A DNA stretch of 64,000 nt from Candidatus Omnitrophota bacterium (GCA_016206805.1 JACQQX010000016.1:13256-77255), one strand, 5' to 3'; positions 27,597-36,608 are shown, counted from the first letter of the stretch. The notes: generated by a model from the letters alone, not told the origin. Made by a program: numbers and translations.

Positions 27597-28207
27597 TGGT
27601 AAACTCCGAGGATTTTTTTCTTGGCCGGAACGTCCCGCAAAACCACCGACCCCGCGCCCACCGTCACTTCTGGGCCGATAGTCAGCCGGTCCGCGATCGA
27701 AGCATTCACGCCGATAAAAGAAAGCGCGCCAATAGACGTGCGCCCGGCAACAACCGCCTGGGGCGCCAAATGCGAAAAATCCCCAAGGCTCGACTCATGG
27801 TCCAGCGAAGCGCCGGTATTGACGATACAGCCTTTTCCCACGATGGCTTCCGCGCCAAGGGTAGCTCCCAAACAAACGACACTACCCTCCCCTATTTCGG
27901 CGCTTTTTTCAACCAGCGCGCTGGGATGCACAAGGCTGGGCGTCCTAAAACCATGCCGCTTCAAAAACTCAAACGCTTTTTGACGCTTGGCATTATCTCC
28001 CAGGGCCAGGTAAACGTTTCCCGCTTTATTTTTAAATTTCAGAATAGATTCAAACCGGCCAAGCACGGGCGATCCGGCGATTTTCTCCGCTTTATGCGGA
28101 TCGTAAGAATCGTCAAAGAACCCTAATACCGTAATTTTTTGAGCCTTCAAAATCGAGGCGAGAACGCGCGCATGCCCTCCGGCCCCAAACACCACGGCTT
28201 TTTTCAT
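27593..28207 (-). CDS. neuD: NeuD/PglD/PerB-family hexapeptide-repeat sugar acetyltransferase
   Basis: FGAGGHAR, ALGDN..R, VHPSA, NTGASLDHE, left-handed beta-helix repeats. Confidence 0.88.
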   Translation of the reverse strand: MKKAVVFGAGGHARVLASILKAQKITVLGFFDDSYDPHKAEKIAGSPVLGRFESILKFKNKAGNVYLALGDNAKRQKAFEFLKRHGFRTPSLVHPSALVEKSAEIGEGSVVCLGATLGAEAIVGKGCIVNTGASLDHESSLGDFSHLAPQAVVAGRTSIGALSFIGVNASIADRLTIGPEVTVGAGSVVLRDVPAKKKILGVYH

Positions 28208-29223
28208 TGGACCACATCCGGCGTGATGAGCTCATCCGCCTGAATATTTTTACGGGTCTTACGGCCAAGCACCAGATGCAGCTGATTCCCCAAGAGTCCT
28301 TTAGCCGGTCTCTTAAAAAGAATGTGTTCGGCGGTCAATACCGTTCCGGCTGAAATGTCCTGGGCCGCGACAGCGCTTCGCCGCATTCCCGTCATATTCG
28401 CGCGCTCAGCGACGGTCGGTGTTTTTTCGGCGGAGCCTAGACACTTTTCCGCGTCACGGACTAAGCGCGCCCATTTTGAAAAATCATCCGGATTTAAAGA
28501 AGTCGATTGGTCGGGGCCGGGCATATTTTTGTCCAAAGTAAAATGTTTTTCGACCACACAAGCGCCGAGAGCCACAGCGGCAATCACCGCGGTGTTGCCC
28601 GGAGTGTGATCCGAATAACCGACAGGAATTTGAAATGTTTCCGACAGGGTTTTTAAAGCGCGCAGGTGAGTGTCTTCCAGTGAGGACGGGTAATTGGTGG
28701 TGCATTGCAAAAGAATGAGGGGCGCCTTACTTTCGGCGCGGATCACTTGCACCGCCTGACCCACCTCTTCCAAAGTCGCCATTCCGGTTGAAAGATAAAT
28801 CGTTTTGCCTTTACGGGCAACATGACGAAGAAAGGGATGCTCCACCACATGGATTGAGGCCAGTTTAAAAGCCCCGGCACCCAGACTCTCCAGAAAATCG
28901 GCGTCCAGCGCGTCGTAAGGCGTGGAAAGGAATTGGATGCTTTCTTTCCGGCATAAATTGATCAGCGCGGGATAGCTGTCGCGCGAAAGCTCGAGCTTCT
29001 TGAGCATGTCCAGTTGAGATTCGGCCCGCGGCGTGGTTTTGAGCTGATACTCGGCTTTAGGCGCATTGGCCAAAGCGACTCTTTGGGCTGAAAAAGTCTG
29101 GAATTTAACACAGTCAGCCCCCGCCCTCTTGGCTTCAATCACCAAGCGCTTGGCCAGCTCCGGATCACCATTATGATTGACGCCGGCCTCGGCGATAATC
29201 AAAACAGGATCAGTCTTCTTCAT
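28204..29223 (-). CDS. neuB: Nonulosonic acid synthase (NeuB/LegI family) with C-terminal SAF domain
   Basis: IIAEAGVNHNGD, VKFQTF, STGMA, QCTTNYP, GYSDHT, EKHFTLD...GPD, KRPAKG. Confidence 0.95.
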   Translation of the reverse strand: MKKTDPVLIIAEAGVNHNGDPELAKRLVIEAKRAGADCVKFQTFSAQRVALANAPKAEYQLKTTPRAESQLDMLKKLELSRDSYPALINLCRKESIQFLSTPYDALDADFLESLGAGAFKLASIHVVEHPFLRHVARKGKTIYLSTGMATLEEVGQAVQVIRAESKAPLILLQCTTNYPSSLEDTHLRALKTLSETFQIPVGYSDHTPGNTAVIAAVALGACVVEKHFTLDKNMPGPDQSTSLNPDDFSKWARLVRDAEKCLGSAEKTPTVAERANMTGMRRSAVAAQDISAGTVLTAEHILFKRPAKGLLGNQLHLVLGRKTRKNIQADELITPDVVQ

Positions 29224-29443
29224 GCGCCCAATTTCTGGCTTTATTGTAGGCTTTCCCGACCTGGTCTTCGAGCTGGGGCGACAACACCCGCAAAAGCTCC
29301 TTACCCATGATGCGGTATTGCTTCCCCACCTTCGCCGTACGAATCAACCCCTTCTTAATCATGCGCGTAACGGTACTGGCGCTAACCTTCAGCAGCACCT
29401 GGGTCTCTTCATGCGTATAAACCTCATTTTCCTTAATTTCCAT
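29210..29443 (-). CDS. Small excisionase/MerR-like (HTH_17, BldC-like) DNA-binding protein
   Basis: YTHEETQVLLKVSASTVTRMIKKGLIRTAKVGKQYRI winged-HTH pattern; GGGGGA RBS; stop overlaps the neuB start. Confidence 0.85.
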   Translation of the reverse strand: MEIKENEVYTHEETQVLLKVSASTVTRMIKKGLIRTAKVGKQYRIMGKELLRVLSPQLEDQVGKAYNKARNWAHEED

Positions 29444-29456
29444 AGGTCCCCCGTAA

Positions 29457-29496
29457 GGTCAAATCATATCAATAGCAGTCACCAGTAGTCAACAGT
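29457..29496. repeat. Four imperfect 10-bp-period direct repeats overlapping the promoter (candidate operator)
   Basis: Plus strand GGTCAAATCA/TATCAATAGC/AGTCACCAGT/AGTCAACAGT: TCA in register in all four, and the last two are 9/10 identical. Confidence 0.55.
29463..29492 (-). promoter_or_regulatory. Sigma70-type promoter for the HTH-neuB operon
   Basis: Minus strand TTGACT(29492-29487)-N18-TATGAT(29468-29463), 20 nt upstream of the ATG at 29443. Confidence 0.7.
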
Positions 29497-29505
29497 AACG
29501 TTTAT

Positions 29506-29555
29506 CCCCTGGGGACGGCTTTTTGGACTAAAAGTGCCAGGCTTTGCCCCTGGGG
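29506..29555. repeat. GC-rich palindromic element (two CCCCTGGGG copies; bulged CCAGG..CCTGG hairpin), terminator- or REP-like
   Basis: CCCCTGGGG at 29506-29514 and 29547-29555; minus strand CCAGGGGCAAAGCCTGG followed by CACTTTT, just after the stop at 29567. Confidence 0.4.
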
Positions 29556-29566
29556 TAAGCCTAGAC

Positions 29567-30943
29567 TTAGTTAGTAGAGCTCGCTGACTTTTTTAGGTAT
29601 GGGAGAATTTCTTGGGCTACTAGTTTGTTGCCGAGAGTGTTCATGTGGCCGTCTACTTCGAAGTATGGGAGGTCCGAGAGGTCTTTTCCCTGATCCGGCA
29701 GTCCATTCACATAGTTTAGGAATGTGGATCTTAGGTCCAGGAAGTCGATGTCGTTTTGCTGACACAGGCTCTTGATGGCTTCGGCAACCTGGTTCTCGTA
29801 ATGGCTGGGTGGAGCGGGTTGGCCCAGCACTTTTTGGTGATAGACGAACGCTTTAGATGGAAAGAAAATGATGGCCATGGCCCTGCCCCGTTCGGAAGCG
29901 GTTTGTTTGGCTCTGAGAATGGCTTCCTGGGTGAGGCGAAATTGCAATGCTTCGGCATCAAAGGGAATTTTGGCGCCCGTTAAAACAACTCCGCGATAAG
30001 GAAGAAAACGGGACTGGGCCTGCTGGCGGCGTTTGATCAAACGGTCAAATAAATCCGAAACCTGCTCTTTCAGAGCCTGCTTGGAAAAATGAATGGTTGA
30101 GTTGATGACTTTAAAGAATTTATAGCGGGCTCTTTCCTCATGCATGTAGTCATTAATGATACCAATGCCACCCGTAAATACTTTTCCTTCAAGTGCCTTG
30201 GTTTTATTCACATAGTTGAGCTCGCGCGTTTCAAATCCAGGCGTATACCCAAAAAAAACAATATCCGTTTTGAATCGCCCTCCAAACCGCTCCAAACTTC
30301 CCTTGATCTGAATAGGCGCGTATCCCTGCACCCCCAAATTGTAAACCGGAAAACCCCTCCGCGTTAAAAGCGTTGTCCACATCAATTCAACGGGAAGCCC
30401 CATTGCCTCAACAAAAGAATCGCCGGCGGCAATAGCGACCACCCTCTCTTGCCTAGCCAAATCAGGAATATTCTTGAAACCCAGCTCATCCGTCTGCCAC
30501 AAGTTGACAAAGTCCTCTCCCCTGGCGCCATGGCTTCGTATCGTCGTATTGGGCCGGAACTTTACCCAAGGACTGTCTTCTAAATATTCAATCATCTGAG
30601 CTTTCTTATGATGGGAATATAAAAGTGAGGGGTTGGTATTAATAATGGCCTGTGGCAGCGTCTGAGGAAACGTCGAGAAAAAAACTTCCAGAAGAAGCAG
30701 AATCCCAACCATAAAAAAGTGGGATGTATTCCATAAAAGCATGGCGGATTGGAATCGCTCCGATTTTTTCAAGCTCCACAGGCTGCCGATAACTAGCGCC
30801 GTAAAATAAGCGGCTACCCCAACCGTTTCAAAATCCAATAGTTCAATATTTCCCCGTAAAGCTATCCACCGGAGCGTAAAAAAAAGCGCGCCAAAACACG
30901 CGTTTATCCCCAACAAAACCGGAATCAGCATCCTATACAGCAT
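29567..30943 (-). CDS. Membrane-anchored SGNH-fold protein (AlgJ/AlgX-like acyltransferase)
   Basis: Three N-terminal TM helices, AAGDSF (block I), NLGVQGY (block II), DGHMNTLGN (DxH). Confidence 0.78.
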   Translation of the reverse strand: MLYRMLIPVLLGINACFGALFFTLRWIALRGNIELLDFETVGVAAYFTALVIGSLWSLKKSERFQSAMLLWNTSHFFMVGILLLLEVFFSTFPQTLPQAIINTNPSLLYSHHKKAQMIEYLEDSPWVKFRPNTTIRSHGARGEDFVNLWQTDELGFKNIPDLARQERVVAIAAGDSFVEAMGLPVELMWTTLLTRRGFPVYNLGVQGYAPIQIKGSLERFGGRFKTDIVFFGYTPGFETRELNYVNKTKALEGKVFTGGIGIINDYMHEERARYKFFKVINSTIHFSKQALKEQVSDLFDRLIKRRQQAQSRFLPYRGVVLTGAKIPFDAEALQFRLTQEAILRAKQTASERGRAMAIIFFPSKAFVYHQKVLGQPAPPSHYENQVAEAIKSLCQQNDIDFLDLRSTFLNYVNGLPDQGKDLSDLPYFEVDGHMNTLGNKLVAQEILPYLKKSASSTN

Positions 30944-32081
30944 ACAAAGGTCCTTTTGATTGCTGAAGCCGGATTCCCATGGCGTCAGCATCCATAACCC
31001 TTTCCAAAACCGGACTTTCCTGGGCGATTCGCGCTAAAAGACGTGCATAAGCCTTTTCGGAAGCATGAAAATCATTAAACGCCTCGTAGTCCGTGGCACC
31101 GGTCGACTGAAGATCCGAAAAATCATAAAACTCGTAACCTTGCGCTTGGAACGCGGCCGAAAGCGCGATGGGCAGACCATGCAGATAATCCCGAGATCGA
31201 GAAATCGCATCAAGCTTTTCCATCACCACATGTCTCATGGGTGTTGTAAAACCGATGACGTGAATATTCTTTTCCCGGCAAAGTTTCAAAAAAGCTTCTA
31301 ACTCCATCAACCCATCCTGTTTAAAAGTTTCAGCCTCCACCACATAAGCATAATCAATTTTTTCCTTATCTTCATAAGGCTTTCCCGATTCAAAGTCTTT
31401 TAAATGCTCGGCCGTGATCCGATTTACTCCTTGGCCATAATCGTAACTGCCATCCTTCCGAAATCCGCTATTCTCAATAACAGCTTTCAAGCCAATCTTT
31501 TCGGCGCCGTTCTCAAAAAGAGTTTTCAAGGTATACTTTCCAGAAAAATAGTCGGCATAAACCTTGGTCCAATTTCCAAAAAGCGTGGTCACTGGTTCAA
31601 AACGCGATGATGTCCCATCCCCCGCCAGATCACGAGCAAGAGGATTTTCCCAGGGCCAGCGTGGCATATAAAAATAAGCGTCCAACCCCAGAAGCACCAT
31701 CTCCGGCTCCTGGCCTTGCGGGATGCGTCTCAAAAAATCTCCGGCATCCGGCAGCCTGAAATTGCCGGCGCTGGCATTAAAAAACTGAGGCTCAGTGAAA
31801 AATTCCTTCCGAATCGGCATCGTGTGCGAATTCCCCAAAACCAAGATCTTGGGCCGGACCTGTAAAGCCGCGAGCTGTTTAAAATGCCCGCCGGTGTTCC
31901 GGTAAGCCAATCCCACCAAGACATCTTCTGAGGAAGATTGGTATTCCGATACAATCCGTTCCATCGGCCGGATTTCATGGGTCCGGTATAGAACCACTGC
32001 CGGGAATAAAAATAAAACCGCCAGTGGCAGCAAAAACAAAGGCAAGCGGACCAAAAATAAAGACAGAAGATGCCGGTTCAT
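30933..32081 (-). CDS. Membrane-anchored SGNH-like protein (DltD/AlgJ-like acyltransferase)
   Basis: N-terminal TM anchor, LVLGNSH, FNAS, C-terminal FNDFH; directly downstream of the MBOAT gene. Confidence 0.6.
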   Translation of the reverse strand: MNRHLLSLFLVRLPLFLLPLAVLFLFPAVVLYRTHEIRPMERIVSEYQSSSEDVLVGLAYRNTGGHFKQLAALQVRPKILVLGNSHTMPIRKEFFTEPQFFNASAGNFRLPDAGDFLRRIPQGQEPEMVLLGLDAYFYMPRWPWENPLARDLAGDGTSSRFEPVTTLFGNWTKVYADYFSGKYTLKTLFENGAEKIGLKAVIENSGFRKDGSYDYGQGVNRITAEHLKDFESGKPYEDKEKIDYAYVVEAETFKQDGLMELEAFLKLCREKNIHVIGFTTPMRHVVMEKLDAISRSRDYLHGLPIALSAAFQAQGYEFYDFSDLQSTGATDYEAFNDFHASEKAYARLLARIAQESPVLERVMDADAMGIRLQQSKGPLYAV

Positions 32082-32087
32082 AGGCTC

Positions 32088-33464
32088 CTAGAACTTGAAA
32101 TAAATAAAATCTTTGGGCAACAATTGTCCAAAGCAGACAATAGAAAGCAGCGCCGCGTAATACACGCTATACCGCACCACTCTGGGCCTCCATAATCCCC
32201 GCCAGGCCGGTGAGGCTTGGGTCCAATGAACTAGCTCCATCAAGACGATGAATAAAATGACCATCATCAAATGGGCCTGGCTGATGCCCAAACCCAATTG
32301 CCAAAACGACCAATCCCCCTGAAACATGCGGCGGAATATTTCCGCGGCCTGTTCCGCGGAACGGGCCCGGATAAAAACAAAAGAGAAGACAACCAGATGA
32401 AAAGTGATCATGGGCGTGACAAAGCTTCTCACGCGTCCCAGCCGGACGGATTTTTTTGCGATTTTATTTCTCCATGGCAGCGTGATCGCTGAAACGCTCA
32501 TATAAATACTTTGAATCACGCCAAAAACGATAAAGTTAGTCGTCGCGCCATGCCAAATCCCGATGGCCATCATGCTGGCGCATAAGGACACTACCAGCCC
32601 CATCCGCCCCCAATAACGGGTGGCCATTTGCAAAGGCTTAAAAACATAATCCAAGATCCAGGAGGTGAGCGTCATATGCCAGCGGCGCCAGAACTCCTGG
32701 ATATTGGGCGCGTAAAAAGGCCGGTTAAAATTGGGGGGCGACTGGATGCCGAATACACGCGCGACACCGATGGCGATATCTGTTAAGCCAGAAAAATCAG
32801 CGAAAAGCTGAAGCGTGAAACAATAAACCGCTATCCAGACCGCCGCCGCGTTAAAATCAGCTGGGTGCCCAAAAACCTGATTGACGGGAATCGCCAAGGT
32901 ATCCGCGATCACAAGCTTTTTGAAAAAACCAAAGAGCATCAGCTTTAATCCGCTGGTAACCGTCTCCTCCGGAAGAGACGGCTGGCTTTCGACTTTCTGG
33001 ATTTCCGCAAAGAAATCGTCCGAACGCTGAATGGGCCCGCAAAGGATTTGCGGAAAAAAAGAAAAATACAGCGCCAACTTCCAAAAATCCCTCTGGGCCT
33101 TCATCTTCTCCCAGTAAACATCCAAAACATAACTGATCATTTTGAACGTGTAATAAGAAATGCCTAGCGGCATGAGAACGCGCGACCATAAACCTTCCCC
33201 ATGCGGCGCGTACTTGAAAAAAATAAGATTCAGCAGAATAACCGATAGGATGAACATCAACGCTTTTTTTCCGCCTTTACCGGCGGCGGCATAGACCAAA
33301 CCCGTCAAAACCACGAGCCAAATTAAAAACCAAACACTCCAAAACGCGTAGAAAAGACAGGATAAGAATAAAAGCCAGCGCCCTCTGGCGGCCCCAGGTA
33401 TTACAAAATAAGTCAGGGCGGCCGCGAGAAAAAAAAGCAGGAATTCAATCGAATTGAAAAGCAC
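32088..33464 (-). CDS. MBOAT O-acyltransferase (AlgI/PatA/DltB family)
   Basis: PLGISYYTF, FFPQILCGPI, KKLVIAD, DFSG.TDIAIG, NFNRP, FWRRWHMTL, IGIWHGA (catalytic His), C-terminal FIYFKF. Confidence 0.95.
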   Translation of the reverse strand: MLFNSIEFLLFFLAAALTYFVIPGAARGRWLLFLSCLFYAFWSVWFLIWLVVLTGLVYAAAGKGGKKALMFILSVILLNLIFFKYAPHGEGLWSRVLMPLGISYYTFKMISYVLDVYWEKMKAQRDFWKLALYFSFFPQILCGPIQRSDDFFAEIQKVESQPSLPEETVTSGLKLMLFGFFKKLVIADTLAIPVNQVFGHPADFNAAAVWIAVYCFTLQLFADFSGLTDIAIGVARVFGIQSPPNFNRPFYAPNIQEFWRRWHMTLTSWILDYVFKPLQMATRYWGRMGLVVSLCASMMAIGIWHGATTNFIVFGVIQSIYMSVSAITLPWRNKIAKKSVRLGRVRSFVTPMITFHLVVFSFVFIRARSAEQAAEIFRRMFQGDWSFWQLGLGISQAHLMMVILFIVLMELVHWTQASPAWRGLWRPRVVRYSVYYAALLSIVCFGQLLPKDFIYFKF

Positions 33465-33707
33465 TTAAGGCAGGCTCTTTTGGATAAGCTGAATAAAATC
33501 GCCGACATTTTTCAGCCGGACAATGTCTTTTGTGGAAAAAGATACGCCGAACTTCTTTTCCGAGGCGACAATCAGATTGATATGAGTCAACGAATCCCAG
33601 TTATCGACATCTCTGGCTGTCATCTGATCATGCACCTGTATCGAGTCATCATCAAACACATCCCTAAAAATCAAGTTGAGTTGGGTTCGGATCTGGTCAG
33701 CGTTCAT
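33465..33707 (-). CDS. Acyl carrier protein
   Basis: 80 aa, acidic, WDSLTHINL phosphopantetheine Ser motif. Confidence 0.92.
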   Translation of the reverse strand: MNADQIRTQLNLIFRDVFDDDSIQVHDQMTARDVDNWDSLTHINLIVASEKKFGVSFSTKDIVRLKNVGDFIQLIQKSLP

Positions 33708-35463
33708 TTTTCATATACGTCGCTTTAGAAACATAGGAAGTGACTTCTTTTTCCCAAACCACAGCGCCGTCTGGCGCCGGAGCGCTGGGCGTAAACGCGT
33801 ATCGGCCATAAAAATGCTCAACCATTCTATTTTTGGCGGTTGGGTGATACTGTCCGACAACTTTCGTGCAGCCATGCTCACTCGCATACCGGAATACCGC
33901 ATTCATCATCTGATCCTCGACGCCGCGATACAACACTCGGCAGCTCATAATCCATTCTTCAACAAAAGCCACCCGGCCTTCCCAGCGCATCACAACAACC
34001 GATATCAGGCCGCTGTCACTGAACTTGTCCTTCAAGGTGGCATACAACGGCAAATAGGCGTGATCACTGGCCATCTGTTCGCATTGGGCTTCGGAAAAAC
34101 GCCGCGTCATGAGATTGAACTGGTTGCTTCTTTGGATAAGCTGGGCGATCCGCGGCAGGTAAAACGAGTCAAAGCGGGCTATCTTCATCGTCATGTCCAG
34201 CGACTTCAAATAATCGTCGATGCTGGCATGCTGTTCGCGCAAAGACTGGCGCTGGGATTCCGCCTGATAAAACTCCGTCCGGCCGGCGTCTTCCTTCGCG
34301 ACTGCATTGGATTCAAAAAGATTCATTTCGGACAAGAGCCGCAACAAGCTCACCGGGTCCGCGGGAAATTCCGGAACGACCACCTCGGGCAAATGCTGCC
34401 TCACAAGATTTCTCTCGAAAGGGTCGTCATCGATGAATACCATCGAATCAAAACCGATGTTCAACGTTTGTTGGATGGTTTTGATATTTTCCACTTTGTT
34501 ATTCCAATTGGCGACAAAAACCGCAAAGTCTTTTTCATTCAAAACCATGTCCGGATGTTTTTGAAAAGGCAAAAGCGCGTTGTGCGCGTCATTTTTGCTG
34601 CAAGCGGCCAGCACAATCCCCCGCCGCTTAAGCGCCCGGAAGTACTGCTGGATTTTCGTGTAAATCTCCCCTTCATCCAAGTCGCCAATCTTAATCCCTT
34701 CCAGGCCATCTTCGCCGATAACACCACCCCACAGCGTATTGTCCAGGTCCAGCACCACGCATTTGATGCAACGGCCTCGAAAAGACAGCGAGATATCTAC
34801 CAGGTTTTGAGCGACCCGCGGCAAATGCTCCAGCGCGCATAAGGACTTGGACAAAAGCCAAAGCTTTTCATCATGCCACTCCTTGAGGCCCGCATAGGAG
34901 GCCAAATACTGGACGTCATGGATGAAAACATTTTTATGAGCCAGGGCTTTTTCCATGATCAAATGATTGATGGTCAAAACGGAGCGGTAAAACGTGGCTT
35001 TCACTTTCTGGTCGAAATTTCCGTAAAGTCTTTCATGGGGCAGCGAATAATTTCCCTGGATAATAATGGCATCCGGCAAATTTTTTGTGACCAAGTCCCA
35101 GACATGAAATATTTTTTCGGAGGTGATTGAAGCGAAGGAGTCCGTGGGATCTTCCTGTTCGTGGAACTCCTGCCGCAGCTTCATCACCGAATGCATGATA
35201 ATGACTTGTTCCGGCTTGAAGGCGTAAAGGCCGGACTGCGCATCCAAAACCTCATGCGTAATGGAGTCATACTCGGCTTCGTAAAGCTCGAGATTCACTC
35301 CTTTAGAGTGAAATAGGGTTTTCAGCAAAATCGCCAGCTGCTGCGTGGCAAAATCGGCGAGAATCGCCGCGCGCACAACAGGAAAGCCTTCCGAAGAAGA
35401 AAGCTTGCGGCTTTTTTTCATCAAATCAAAATAGTCTAATTCCGCGGAATGACCGTTCTGCAT
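33697..35463 (-). CDS. FkbH-like glyceryl-ACP synthase (HAD-IIIC phosphatase/transferase)
   Basis: VLDLDNTLWGG, CSKN, NWNNK, FIDD.PFER, RSNQFNL, MSCRV (acyl-accepting Cys). Confidence 0.93.
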   Translation of the reverse strand: MQNGHSAELDYFDLMKKSRKLSSSEGFPVVRAAILADFATQQLAILLKTLFHSKGVNLELYEAEYDSITHEVLDAQSGLYAFKPEQVIIMHSVMKLRQEFHEQEDPTDSFASITSEKIFHVWDLVTKNLPDAIIIQGNYSLPHERLYGNFDQKVKATFYRSVLTINHLIMEKALAHKNVFIHDVQYLASYAGLKEWHDEKLWLLSKSLCALEHLPRVAQNLVDISLSFRGRCIKCVVLDLDNTLWGGVIGEDGLEGIKIGDLDEGEIYTKIQQYFRALKRRGIVLAACSKNDAHNALLPFQKHPDMVLNEKDFAVFVANWNNKVENIKTIQQTLNIGFDSMVFIDDDPFERNLVRQHLPEVVVPEFPADPVSLLRLLSEMNLFESNAVAKEDAGRTEFYQAESQRQSLREQHASIDDYLKSLDMTMKIARFDSFYLPRIAQLIQRSNQFNLMTRRFSEAQCEQMASDHAYLPLYATLKDKFSDSGLISVVVMRWEGRVAFVEEWIMSCRVLYRGVEDQMMNAVFRYASEHGCTKVVGQYHPTAKNRMVEHFYGRYAFTPSAPAPDGAVVWEKEVTSYVSKATYMKNER

Positions 35464-35466
35464 GGA

Positions 35467-36174
35467 TTAGCCGCCCGTAACGGGCAAATTGACATCGTTC
35501 ATGTAGGAGGATTCCGGTGACAGCAGAAATTGAATGGCGGCGGCGACCTCATCCGGCTCGGCGATGCGGCCCATCGGTAAACCATATTCCACAGTTTCAA
35601 TGAATCGGGCCGGCAGGTCCGCGTTAAAATCCGTCCGCGTCATCCCGGGTGACACGGCGTTCACGCGAATACCATATTTGGAAAACTCCGCGGCCTGAGA
35701 CCGGGCCAAACCCCAATGCAAATATTTTAAAGCCACATAAGCGCCCTGCTTTTCCGGCGCCGCGGCCAATACCACAGAAGACAAAAGATGGACGATGGAG
35801 CCACGGGCTTTTCTTTTTTGAATGCCGGAAGCGAACGCGCGGGAGACCTCAAAAACGCCACGGATCCCCGTTGTGACATATTCCATGAAAACGGCTGTTT
35901 CCATTTTGAGCAGCGCTTCACGGGCATAAAGCTGCGCGGCGCAATACACAAAACCATCAAAACCACCGTCTTCGGCCACCCTCGCCAATTTCTGTATGGA
36001 TTCAGCCGAATGAAAATCATAAAGCACGCGCTCAGCGCCTGTCGAGGAGGCCAGCTGCCCCGCCTCTTTTTCATGACGGCAATAAGTGAATGTGACGGAA
36101 TGGTTGCCCGCTCTCAAACGCCGCACAAGGCTGGCGCCAATTCCCTGACTGCCCCCGACAACGAGAACTTTCAC
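35467..36174 (-). CDS. SDR ketoreductase (FabG-like)
   Basis: VGGSQGIG, LLSS, YVALK (YxxxK), VNAVSPG. Confidence 0.88.
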   Translation of the reverse strand: MKVLVVGGSQGIGASLVRRLRAGNHSVTFTYCRHEKEAGQLASSTGAERVLYDFHSAESIQKLARVAEDGGFDGFVYCAAQLYAREALLKMETAVFMEYVTTGIRGVFEVSRAFASGIQKRKARGSIVHLLSSVVLAAAPEKQGAYVALKYLHWGLARSQAAEFSKYGIRVNAVSPGMTRTDFNADLPARFIETVEYGLPMGRIAEPDEVAAAIQFLLSPESSYMNDVNLPVTGG

Positions 36175-36584
36175 GACATCATCCCTATCTGCGTTTTTGC
36201 TGACGCGCTTAAATGCGACCGCGTTTTATTGAATAAATCCATTTTAACCACAACCACCTTCACCGACGGCACTATTTGCGCCACCCGGGCTTTGAGAATA
36301 ATTTCATCGTTAAGATAATTTGGGTTTTTGAACTCGATATGAACGGATTGCAGCAACGAACGCCCTGCCGGAAAAACCATGCCGACAAAATGCGATATGA
36401 AGCCATTCAAGATACCCCCATGCATGACACGGCCTTCAAAACCGGCTTTCCGGGCAAACTGATCATCGATATGGATAGGATTTTGATCTTTGAAAAACTC
36501 GACATACTGACGGTAAACGTCTTCCGTTATCCGGTAAACGCTTTCATGGCTGTCATCGACACGGATGTCGTCAAAAAGCTTCAA
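36171..36584 (-). CDS. MaoC-family (hot-dog fold) dehydratase
   Basis: DQNPIH.D..FA...GF.GRVMHG hydratase-2 motif. Confidence 0.88.
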   Translation of the reverse strand: MKLFDDIRVDDSHESVYRITEDVYRQYVEFFKDQNPIHIDDQFARKAGFEGRVMHGGILNGFISHFVGMVFPAGRSLLQSVHIEFKNPNYLNDEIILKARVAQIVPSVKVVVVKMDLFNKTRSHLSASAKTQIGMMS

Positions 36585-36608
36585 CCCGTTGGTCTCCTTG
36601 ATGTTGCA

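Noticed and set aside
29210-29566. Prophage or IS insertion suggested by the excisionase-like gene and hairpin
   Set aside because: No integrase, transposase, att-like duplication or phage genes in the window
33676-34842. 388-aa plus-strand ORF
   Set aside because: Antisense shadow of the FkbH gene; no recognisable motifs
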